Positions 53,169-64,000 of a stretch of 64,000 nucleotides of DNA are shown in pieces. The DNA comes from Camelus dromedarius (lineage: Eukaryota): the NCBI RefSeq assembly GCF_036321535.1, contig NC_087437.1, positions 39,186,001 to 39,250,000 of the forward strand, read 5' to 3'. The notes under the pieces are model-generated. The model saw nothing but the letters and a program-made list of their open reading frames with translations, was not told where the DNA came from and ran no database searches. How positions within the stretch are numbered: the stretch's first letter is position 1; the number at the start of each line of letters is the position of its first letter. The position numbers and the translations under genes are program-made.

Positions 53169-53649
53169 GTAACAGTTAGGACTGTCTGCTCCCTGATAAG
53201 GAAAGAGAGAACATCTCTGTAATGCAAAGGAGGGAGTTTGTCTTTGATCCAGAGCCAGTTGAAGTGCCTGTGCTGAATGTTGTCAAGAGCAGAGATCTTC
53301 CTCTCATGTCTAGATTACAAAATTGTAACCCTAAGAACACTTCAAGTAGCTTATTATAGGAAACATATGATTATACGCTGGTTTGGTTGTGTCACGTTCT
53401 GATTATGGAATTTCAATCGTTCATTTAAATCCCTGGTTAAAGCACGTATTTTCGAAAGCATTTTGCTTAATTCTAAAGTGAAAAGGTGCTTATCATAAAA
53501 TGCTCACATGATGTCACAATAGAAATGGAGGGGCACAAAACTAACCGCAGGAATAAAAGTCTTGGTGTAGAATTAGCTTCTTTTTTTTTTTTTTTTTGAC
53601 AAACTTCCATTTTCTGTCTCCCTTTTAAATGAATTCCTTCCTTCGTTTA

Positions 53650-53860
53650 TTTATTAATTCATCATTTTGTTCAGTTGACAATCACTGAGTTGCTGTTCTG
53701 TATCAGGCATTATTCCATGCTCTGGGGATATAAAAATTAATGAGAAATAAATTCTGCCCTGAAGGAGCTCACTGATTAGAGGCAAAGATTGAAACATAAG
53801 CTGAAACTTTACAGAACAGTGTTTGAAGGCATTATAGAATGAGGTTAAGTGCATTGGGTT
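53650..53860 (-). mobile_element. L2 3' fragment
   Basis: ctgtatcaggcattattccatgctctggggatataaaaattaatgag...ctgccctgaaggagctcac. Confidence 0.65.
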
Positions 53861-53861
53861 C

Positions 53862-54090
53862 AAAGAGACCTGGATTTGAGTCTCAGCTCTGTCACTTACA
53901 ATTTATGTAACCTTGGCCATGCTACTTAATCTTGCTAAGACTCTTTCCTCATCTGTAAAATTTAGGATAATGGTAGTTCCTAAAACCACAAGGAAGTTGC
54001 TGTGGGAGTTAAATAAGATAATGCATCTAAAGCATTTAGCAGAGTGGGTGGTTTATAGTAGGTATTCAAATGATAGCTATGAATTATACT
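53862..54090 (+). mobile_element. MIR SINE
   Basis: gacctggatttgagtctcagctctgtcactta...tgtaaccttggccatgctacttaatct...tttcctcatctgtaaaat...gttaaataagataatgcatctaaagcatttagca. Confidence 0.85.
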
Positions 54091-56269
54091 TTCATTTATG
54101 ACCTCAGCTATTTCCTATATTGGGAATGTAATTGGGACCAGAGACTTCCTTTTCTTCTTCTCTAAAAGGGGAGATACCCAAACTAAATTGATCCCCTATA
54201 CCATGCCTTACAACTGTCCTTTCTGACTTTTTTCCCTATCTAGTCATACTATTAAAATGCTTGAGCATTTTATGTATTCAGGCTTTTTCTTAGCTCACAC
54301 AGAAATGCATTTATTCTAACTATGTCTTCCCATTGACCTTACAAAATCACACATTTTTTTTCCCCTGACAATGTCTATTCCTAACGGAACACATGTGAAT
54401 AAGTTGGTGGGATAAAACAAAACGAACAAAAGACATCCAACTGAAGGTGTCTGGGGCTGGGGCTGTGGGTTTGGTTAGGACTGCCAAGACAAGAGAGGTA
54501 GTCGACATGAGTAGGTTGGAGAACTTATCAGATTCTCAGGAAGCAGGGTGGCTCAGTCTTGTCCAGAAAGGCTCTGGCAGGCAGCAATAGGAAGGGCTCC
54601 AAACAGACAACCAGATGTTCAAAGGCAACTGCATTTGGGCCTTTCTGAGACAGGTTTCACCTGAGGCAGGGTCCTCTGTCTGTTAAGGGTATAAATTTAT
54701 AAAGGCAAGCCCTAAATTCACCCAGCCTTTTTTTCACTCAAGTGAGATCATCTTTATTTCCAACGAGATTGTTTGGCATTGGTGTTTTCAGTATCCATTC
54801 AGTGTCAGAGAACCAGAGTCATCAAGACCTCCCTGGTGTCCAGATGACCACTGAAGATAGCACGGTCTGCCTGGTGAGAATATTATTTTCCCAACCCCTC
54901 CTTTGCCTGACAGGCAGCCGTCTCTTTGTTTCTTTTTGGCAGAAGTTGTGACCATTATTACAGAAACATTTCGGGTGCCCAGCACATCAAGCCAGTGTTA
55001 GGTTTGATAATTATTGTTACTATTTTTATAATAACTATTAGGCTGGTAAGGCATGTTAGACTTTGTATCTGCTAGTTCACTTATATACAGTTATCTCATA
55101 TTTTAATTGAAATTACTCTTCATATAAACATTGACATACTTAGAGAAGTGATGTCTATGCTCTCATTTAACTGACACCCATTTGTGTAAACTGAGTAAGA
55201 GTAAGATCAGTATTTGAGTGAATCAAGAATTTAACACTGAGTGAACATTGACTTCCTACTTAACGAGGTGGAGAACCGGGGATGGTAGTATGGGGTGGGG
55301 CCACTCACCTCTCCCAGACTCATACTTAGCATATTTTTCATTTCTTTAAATGGCCATTTTGTAGACATGGTGATGCTAGAGATACATCTTGCTTAACTGT
55401 TGAACATGCAATGATCTCAGATTTGTTTGTATACATAATTCAATAAGAATAATAGAGGTCATTTTGAAATTAAATGCATTGTAAAGCCACTGGAAATGAG
55501 TATTTCAATTCATGTGAGTGCACTAATGAGTCATTCACATTTATTTACTGGATGCTAACAGTAAAGGTCAGTTGGTTTCAAAGACCCCTGTGTTGAATGT
55601 CACAGACATAGAATTAAACAATTATTTGAAAAGACTTTTTCTTTGCATTAATATAAATTGGATTTTAACTTATTTGAATTTGCTTTTTAAAATAAAGATC
55701 ACAATTTTAGTAGATCTTTATTGTTAAAATTATATTAAAATACTATTAAAGTGTTTATTAAAATACATCTAGAGTCCGCCTTTCAGTGGAACTGAAACGT
55801 TTGTAAACGGCCTTGTTAGCTAATCTTGGTTTTTAACCTTTTCTCTAAAGAGCTATAAACTTGTGGAGGAGTCTTCTGATTAGCTCAGTTACATGAGTAT
55901 CCTCTTCCTTCAAGCATATCACTGAACCTAACGCGTGGTTTCTAATTCATTCTTCGGGTAGATGATTATAATGTGTTAATTAAAGAGGGGAGTGACTGCA
56001 TACCCTTGGGCACTGTGAGAGTATGTATGTATTGAAAGGACATAAGGTTTTTCTTCTCTAATTTGTTAACGTGGGTTATAATATGTATAGCTTTTCAAAT
56101 ATGAAACCATCTTTGCATTTCAGGAAAAAAAAAAACAAAACTCCTAACTGGATTTTATCACTTTATTTGCTATTAAATCCAATTTGCTATTATTTTGTTT
56201 ATTATTTTTGCATCCATACCCATGAGTGAAATAGGCCAGTAATTTGTGTTTCTTACATGTTTTTATGGA

Positions 56270-56397
56270 AGCAGTTCTCAACTGGAGGGATTTTGTCCCC
56301 CAGAGACATTTGGCAACGTCTGAAGACATTGATTTTCACAACTGAGTGGAGAAAGTGCTGTTGGCATCTAGTGGTAGAGGCCAGGATACTCCTAAAC
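56270..56397 (+). mobile_element. MER20 (hAT-Charlie MITE), partial
   Basis: gcagttctcaactggagggattttgtcccccagagacatttggcaacgtctgaagacatt...tggcatctagtggtagaggccaggata. Confidence 0.85.
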
Positions 56398-57274
56398 TTC
56401 TTCTTCTGTTACTCTGATTGTCTTTATGTTGGACCCTCTCATTCTCTCTCATATGCTGCTTTCTTTGACTCTCTTTAGAACATAAGCTCAATCTTACTGT
56501 GTTTCAAATATCAACAATTTAACTTCACATTTTTAGAAGTCTCATTTTTCTCAAATCTCTAAGTTCCTTTCTGTTGTATGCTCATTTTTATAATTGTATC
56601 CTTTTCTTTTAATATTTCACACATAGCCATTCTGTATTCTTTGATTCCAACACCTAAGGTCCTCATGGGGGAGTCTAAATCTGTTGTTTCTTATTTCCAG
56701 GCCCTTAGTCAGACTCTCTGTCCTTTAATGTTGTATATACCTCTAACATGACACTTCTCATGGGCACAATATTTATTTACACATTTGTACTGTCTTTTAG
56801 ATTGGGAATATCTCCTGGATAAGGGCAATGTCTTACCACTGTTTCATACCCACCTCGCAGGTGTCTAGTACCTAGCAGAATTCCATAAATGCTTTCTGAA
56901 TGGATGAATAGGTGGATGAATACATATCCTTCCATTCAGACATAAAAGCATGCAAGCCTACGGTCAGTACACCTTTTATTCATTTTCTTATGTACAAATT
57001 TTAGTCCTGTTGGCTTTGTCATTTAAAGTCTGACTAGTTATGCCATTTGGTTATCTGTAAGTCTTTGTGCAAATATTTACTGATAACAGGTCTGTTTCGT
57101 TTGAAAGGGCAAATCACATTTTTACTTCTGGAGGGCAAATCAGTGTTAGCATAGTTTGAGCTTCCTGAGGTTTCTCCACGCAGCTGGTCTCAGTTACTGG
57201 TCAGCAACATAGCTGCTGTGATTGTTTGATCGTGGTAGTGCCATAGAATCAAGGAATTTTTCCTAAATGAAAAG

Positions 57275-57590
57275 GTAAATACGTTCATTTGTGTCCTTTT
57301 TAAAGATGCCACATATGAGTGATATCATAGGGATAAAAGGGATGGGGAGGGATACATTGGGAGCTTGGGATTTGCAGATACACACTGCTATCTATAAAAC
57401 AGATAAAGAGCAAGGTCCTCCTGTATAGCACAGGGAACTATATTCAATATCTTGCAATAGCTTATACTGAAAAAAATATGAAAAGAAATACATATATAAA
57501 TGTATACCTGAATCACTCTTCTGTACACCAGAAACTAAGACAACATTGTAAATTGACTAAACTTCTATTTAAAAACATAATAATAACAAA
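57275..57590 (+). mobile_element. L1 3' UTR with short 5' inversion (antisense 57275-57329, sense 57330-57590)
   Basis: Antisense gttcatttgtgtcc..agatgccacatatgagtgatatcata abuts sense ggggagggatacattgggag...gtatagcacagggaactatattcaatatctt...tgtacaccagaaact plus A-rich tail. Confidence 0.8.
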
Positions 57591-58659
57591 TAAATACATA
57601 AATCCCAGCTTAAAACTCACTTCATCCAAGAAAACTTTCTGGACTTTTCCAGTCTCTCCAGTCCAGCAAAATAAATAAAACTTGCTTCCATTATGTTTAC
57701 CAAAAATATAAATAAATAAATGAAATGGTAATTAACATTACTGTACATTTTAATAAGTGAAGTTACAAGGTAATGAACATTGGACAGTTGGGATAAAGTC
57801 TTCCATTTGGAAGAAATAAATGAACATAAAGGTATATTGTTTAATGACTTGGCTGTTAAAACATCTAAGAGTAATTTGATAATATTTTTAGCCAGTTTTT
57901 CCCTGAAACACATTAGAAATGATAACGTGAATAAACAATGTAACTCAGCAAGCCATTGTTGTCTATATGGAATTATAGAATTTGGGGCTAATGAAGGCTT
58001 CTATAGATGGAATCGTATGGAAATTAAATGATTTGAACAAGTTTGAAATGCAAATTGGTGGACAAAGTGACACTAGGAACCAAGCTTTCTTACTTCCCCT
58101 TGATGAGATTGACAGGTAGCATGAATTGAGAACAGAGCACATTAATCAGAACTGTGGCATCACAGTGCTACAGGGGCCCAGAGACCCTCAACCCACAGAG
58201 GCCATGGTCTACAGAGGTGGAAAATTAAGACCTGAAGAAATTGACTGATTTCCTCCAGTTCCCAGACAATTTATTTAGAGAGCTACGAAGTGAATCAAGT
58301 TCTTTTCCCAATTGCCATTCTTCCCAATTGACTGATCAATGTGGTCAGTAAATATTTATTGGGTAACTACTAACTAAATGCCCAGCACTATGTAGGGCAA
58401 TCTGAGAGTGCTGGAGTCATGCAAAATATGGGCTCTGCTATCATAGGGTTTCAGTGTCATTAAGCATCTAGACTGAAATTACTGCGTAATATTTTAAATG
58501 AAAGTATGAGTAATTATATTATATGCTTTGAGCATTCACCCAGGTCGGCTCCTTGCCCCCAAGCAGCGCTGTGTCTAAAACCAGCCAGTGGTTTATCCTC
58601 GTATTAGAGATCTCCGAGGGGGGAGGTCCTGCAGCTCTTTTCCACAGTCAGTTTAATAA

Positions 58660-58810
58660 CCCTTGCTATCAGGAAAGCCTTTCTTATGTGCAATCTACAT
58701 GCCTTCTGCTGAAGTTTAAGCCTTTTTGATTTTATTTTCTTCTTAGCTCAGAAAGACTTAACTAATCAGAATCCTCCTTTATGCTAGTTCTTTCCATACT
58801 TATAGCTCAC
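58660..58810 (-). mobile_element. Ancient CR1/L3 LINE fragment
   Basis: aggaaagcctttcttatgtgcaatctacatgccttctgctgaagtttaagcc resembles the antisense CR1 RT-end motif. Confidence 0.45.
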
Positions 58811-59099
58811 TTCTGTGCCCTCCTCAACAAAGTACAAACACTGTTGGGATGCTACATAAATGAAGAACTATTTGAGAAAAGTCTTACACAGTCTATCCTC
58901 ATACACTTAAGAAAAACTTACCTTTTTTTAATTTACTGAGACACATTTATAATATGGAATTCATTATCTTTAAGAAGCATGAGCCACTTAAGATTCTTGG
59001 GATTTATTATATTTGACACTTAAATGTATGCAAAGTTCTCTTTTTCTTATCATCCGTCCATCCGTCCATCCATCCACTCAGCAAACATGTCTGACCGAT

Positions 59100-59290
59100 A
59101 CGTTGTGGACCATGCTGAACAAAGAGCACACACTTTGGGTTTGAATATTGACTCTGACATTTACTAACTGTGAAGCTTAGGGTAATTTACTTAATATCTA
59201 TGGGCTGTCCCTTCTTCATCTGTAAAACCCAGAATAACAGTCTCTAACCTGACATAGACTGAGAGATTAAATGAGATGTCTGAAACTATC
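59100..59290 (+). mobile_element. MIR SINE
   Basis: tgggtttgaatattgactctgacatttactaactgtgaagcttagggtaatttacttaa...cttcatctgtaaaa...gagattaaatgagat. Confidence 0.75.
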
Positions 59291-62200
59291 TCCGGTGGTG
59301 GGAAAGCCTCCTTTCCCCTACTTCATAACCACGTGAAGAGGGATGTTTATTAGGGTAACAATCCTGACATCTCTTTCCCCCCTTCCTCTCTCCCTTCTTC
59401 CCAGGGGAGGAGGAGCTAATTACCTCATCAACAAGTTTGGGGAAAGAAATTGTTTAGAGAAAGAAACTGTAGAGTTCGGCCCACCTTCCTGTCTCCTCTT
59501 TAGGACCTGCAAATGCCTGCAGGAAATGCGCCTGCTGGTCTGCTCTCTGTGATGTATATTTAGCCAGGTCAGGACCCCATGTGGGAAAGACAGGTTTTCC
59601 AGCTACACCTGTGACCAGGTAAGCAGCATTGGCCAAATTCTGCATACACTTTTAAGAAACCCTGAAATCCTTTTCTCCGATTTCAACTTCAACAAAAATA
59701 AAGCTGATATTTTGTCTACATCTGCCTACTTGGGATTAAATCTCAATTAATTCAAAAGTCAGGCAGGGAAGGCACACTTGTTATCATAGCCTTTCGCATA
59801 CTAACACCTTGCCTTTGCTTAATGCATAATACATGCTCAAGAAATTTTCCTTCTTTTCCTCATTTTTTAATTTCCTCCTATGCTATATGTTGCTGCAGAT
59901 AAAAATATGTGTAAAGTTATCTTTCTCTCTCCAAGGAGCTTCCAGTTCAATAAAGGAGATAAGATGGATACACAAACAGCTTTAGTGTAAGATAGCAGAG
60001 GTAAATATATGGCAGGCACAGGCCAAGTGCGGTGGGAATTAACCAGAGAAAGAGATAAACCCACCGTGGAATCGAAACGGACTGCAAGGAACAGGGACAG
60101 ACACTAATCATTCAGTCCCAGACTGAACAGCCCTCCTTCCATTTCTTTAACTTCCTTCAGAACTCTCCTGTTGGGGTGCTTCTTAACACCACCGGTCCTG
60201 CTGTCACTCTCCCTTCCTCTTTGACACTGGAGGCATCTGAGATGTGAGCCGCAGAGCTGCCACTCCACACCGTGACGATCCTTTGTAGAAACTCTGAGTG
60301 TATCCTTAAGGATCTGTGTCTTTTCATCTAGAGAGAAAACATATTCTTCACATCTGAAACTCTGCTATGAAAGTGGAAATCCACTTTATCTCTTTTTAAG
60401 TTAATCTTTTAACTAAAGCCCATCATTTCTGCCCTAGTAATTCAGAGTAATCATTTCAACACCCGAGCTTTCAGCTAATACTTATTATAGTCAAAAGTGT
60501 ATTTGGAAGTCAGACAAGCTGGAAGAGACTGTAACTGATAGAGATTCTCCAAGCTGAGCTTGGCTCACTTTTCCAAGTTTTATTAGAGACATACGGATTT
60601 GCAGCATAGCTCTTATAGGTGGTGCCAAAAGAGGGAGACCAGAAAAACAGGCCCCCAGAGTATATGGCTGACAAGCAAAACATCTCTTGCTGGGTCCTCT
60701 TGTTGGTAATACTCCAGGACAAAAATTAACTACAGGTAAACCTACTGCCTCAGTAGCCCTTGCCACTTGCAAAGACAATGAAACAGAACAGCTGATCAGG
60801 GCAGTGGCTGCATGGGCGTGTCTGTGAGTGATGGGCACAAGAGACCTTCTTTCCAAAGCGTGGCTCATGATCCTTAAACTTTACTGTATACCAGGATGCA
60901 CATAACATACATTCATTATTCTTAAGAATGAAACCTTTTCATTTCATTCACAATTATTTTGCGTTTTTCTATTTAGTCCTCTTAAAAATGAGCTGATATT
61001 TTTGAAAGATGTTTTTGTTCCACTTTTATTTTTTCCAAGAAAAATTCCCCAACTGAGGCACCCTACCTGAAGTTCTCAGATTTGTGTTTTCTCTCTAGAT
61101 ATTTTTTAGATTATGGAATCATGCCTACCAAAGGATAAGTATGACCCTGCATTCAAAAGAGTGATCTTTTGAGACTTCTGAAATGTAGAGGGTTGGTTCT
61201 TACCTTTGCAAGACCCGTATTATTTTCTGTTACTATCATAAAAATGTAATGGATAACTGATTTTTTAATTTTCTTGCTATAAGAAATTCTCTATCAATTT
61301 CTAAATAATGGAGACTTTTTTTTTCTTTCAATAAGGACTCATTAAGGAGGACTCTGAATACATATACACATATACATACATACATACATATATATTCTTA
61401 GGGGTACCCTACATATATATGTACATGTCTATATAGACGTAGATATATTATATATTTTATCAAGAAATAAGCCAGTTAAAATTGACTCATTGTTTTGCTA
61501 TTGGCTTTCATGTGTCCATATTTTTAGTGACCTTCTGAAGACCGGAACTTCCTCAATATAGGGTCTCATAGAATTAAAACTGCTCATTTCTGAAAATAAA
61601 CTGTGTACCTTAGTTCATAATTTCAAATTAAGTTTTAGTTTTTATTATTCATTCTAGTTTTCCATTTGTTAACAAGCCAAGTCTGCACTTCTTTGATAAA
61701 ACTAATATCAACATAAAAGGACATCACTCATTTTATTTATTGTGGATACACTTGATGGATATATTCCACATGCATTGCCAGTAAAACCAAGCAGAAGATG
61801 AGAGGATGCATATTTCTTTGTATTTTCTCTTTAACTCTTCTATACAAGTGTCTCATTGGTGATAGTATATCCTTAAGAACAGTAAATACTACCAATATGC
61901 CAAGTGCTTCATGCTGTTACAAACATAAGCGTTTGTATATTTTACCATTCCCCGTAGGTAGGAAAGATATATTTAAAAGAATCATATCTGAGGATTTTTC
62001 TATACAGCATTGCTCTCTTTTTGCCAAGGGGTCTGGTCGGCCTCTGGCATTGTATAAAAGCATACACTTCTGTGATTTTTTATCAAAATACGGGTAATTG
62101 ATCATAAGTTAATTGTTATTTGCAGTCTGTCTAGCAGACTGAGAAAAGCAGTTCGATTTCTCTAAAACCCTTTGATAACTCCCTAATCACAGACCACCTG

Positions 62201-63095
62201 ACAGTGCTAAGAGGTGCTTCTCATCACAGGAGACCTTCACCTCCCAGCTGCATACCTGTGATGGGGAAAGACGTCAGCCCTGGTTGGTCTGAGTTTGTCA
62301 CTGGGTCCTATAGTCCCAGTGGGTCCATTTCTGGGTTGGGATGGAGAACAGCAGAACCAAGATGCCTCAGGCTTCCCTCTATGTGGGTGTGAGGTCAGGG
62401 GCAGGAAGGAAGAGAAACAAGAATAATCCTTGAAAAGGATGCATTTTTACATATGTTTTATATTGTAATTAAGTACACGTTTCTCAGTTATAAATTTCTC
62501 TAGTTCCGACAAGCCTACAGATGTGTGACACTTCAAATGTTGCAGCATTCCCAGCAATAGCACAAACCATCCAGTGGAGTCATGGAAAAAAAAAAGTATT
62601 TTCTCTGCCTCATGTATATTTCATATTTTTTGAGCATGACCAAAATGACCCATGCTAATTCATCAAAAAATGTTGACAATACTAAGGGAAAAAAAGTGGT
62701 TATAAATTGCTTTTCACTGATGAGAGAAAAAGCTGGTTTAAAATAGTTTGTTATGTATCTTTGTGCAAGGTAACTGTAAGCTTTTGCATTTAAATCAGTG
62801 ATTAGAAAAGATGGGGTGTCTGTAAAGTTCAAAGGACTAAAAGACCTAAACGAGTTATCTATTTATTTTATATAATTCCTTATATTTTAAATAATCATTA
62901 CATTTTGGAGGCTTGACTGAGCACTGGAAACATATTAAAACTGCAGCTGAGAAAATTAGTTTAATGGTAATTCATTAGATGCTGTCCTTATTAATAGTGA
63001 ACTGATTTAATCCCTATTAAGAGCCCTAAGGCACGAGAAAGCAAAATAGCTATGTAAAATCTTAGTGTTCTCAACAGTCAGAAGACACCACAGTT

Positions 63096-63220
63096 CAGTG
63101 TTTCTCAAACTATAATGTACTTAGATCTTGCCAAAATGCAGTTCTCTTTCAGCCTGACAATCTGAATTTCTAACAGGCTCCCAGGGTATAGACCGTAGAC
63201 CACCCTGAGCTGAACAGCCT
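63096..63220. mobile_element. MER5A-like hAT MITE, internally deleted
   Basis: cagtgtttctcaaact terminus, aatctgaatttctaacaggctcccagg, gaccaccctgag. Confidence 0.65.
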
Positions 63221-63418
63221 TTTGTTAGCTTTTTCTCTCAGTTCATTTGTCAGATAATTATTTAAGCCCTGGCTAATTAAAGCCATAGCAAGGGGTTACA
63301 AAATGGTGTGATAACCTGCTATTCTCAACATTTTAAACACATTAAAAAAAAGACAATTTTACTAAGATGTAATTCACATACCCTACAATTCATCCTTTTA
63401 AAATGTACCATTCAAAGA

Positions 63419-64000
63419 TTTTTATTTTTTATTTTATTTTTTACTGAATGAAAGATTTTTTTAATTATACAGTGCTTTATAATTTTCAAAAGTTCCACAC
63501 ACATGATTTCATATAATCCCTGTGTTGCACAGTACATCCTTGAGCCTACCTTACACCCAGTAGTTTGTATCTCCACCTCCCTCACCCCTACATTGCCCAC
63601 CTTCCCACCACTGGTAACCACTAGTTTGTTCTCTGTATCTGTTAATCTGCTTCTTTTTTGTTACACTCACTAGTTTGTTATATTTTTTTAGATTCCACAT
63701 ATAAATGGATACCATATAGTATTTGTCTTTCTCTGCCTGACTATTTCACTTAGCACAGTGCCCTACAAGTCCATCCATGGTGCTGCAAATGGCAAAATTT
63801 CACTCCTTTTTATGGCTGAGTAGTATTCCATTATATACATACCACATCTTTTTTAGCTATTTATCTATTGATGGACACTTAGGTTGCTTCCATACCTTGG
63901 CAATTATAAATAGCACTGCAATGAACATTGGGGTGCATATATCTTTTCAAATTAGTGTTTTTGTTTTCGGACATATATTAGGGGTAGAATTACTGGGTCA
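63419..64000 (-). mobile_element. L1 3' UTR running off the window end, next to an older L1MB-like tail (~63355-63418)
   Basis: T-rich tail, ctggtaaccactagtttgttctctgtatctgt...tagattccacatataa...ttttatggctgagtagtattccatt...atggacacttaggttgcttccat. Confidence 0.9.

Noticed and set aside
53036..53227. 63-aa hydrophobic minus-strand ORF over the exon
   Set aside because: Antisense shadow of the EGF exon with no independent support.
1..64000. Novel multi-gene system, CRISPR array, NUMT or processed pseudogene
   Set aside because: No regularly spaced repeat-spacer array, long ORF, mitochondrial-like segment or recognisable retrocopy was seen; the short ORFs are consistent with chance. Weak, highly diverged signals could be missed by eye.

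Overview
AT-rich, CpG-poor mammalian genomic DNA, mostly intronic and dense in interspersed repeats (L1, L2, MIR, ERV/MaLR solo LTRs, hAT MITEs, microsatellites). A tRNA-derived SINE resembling camelid Vic-1 (41253-41395) and cetartiodactyl-type L1 3' tails suggest a camelid genome (inference). I found one convincing coding exon, which the ORF track misses: a 123-nt, phase 1-1 exon on + (53046-53168) encoding a calcium-binding EGF domain. I recognise it from memory as EGFEM1 (a MEGF6 paralogue, pseudogene EGFEM1P in human). It carries an in-frame TAA at 53126-53128 while its splice sites and all cysteines are intact, pointing to recent gene loss, a null allele or exon skipping. The other notable structure is retrotransposon archaeology: a 5'-inverted (twin-primed) L1 with a probable 3' transduction nested in an older L1 that also looks inverted, a third inverted L1, and an unnamed ~200-bp element with long inverted ends. 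I see no evidence of a novel multi-gene system, CRISPR array or RNA gene. Repeat family names are recalled from consensus sequences, not from a database search, and boundaries of old repeats are approximate.
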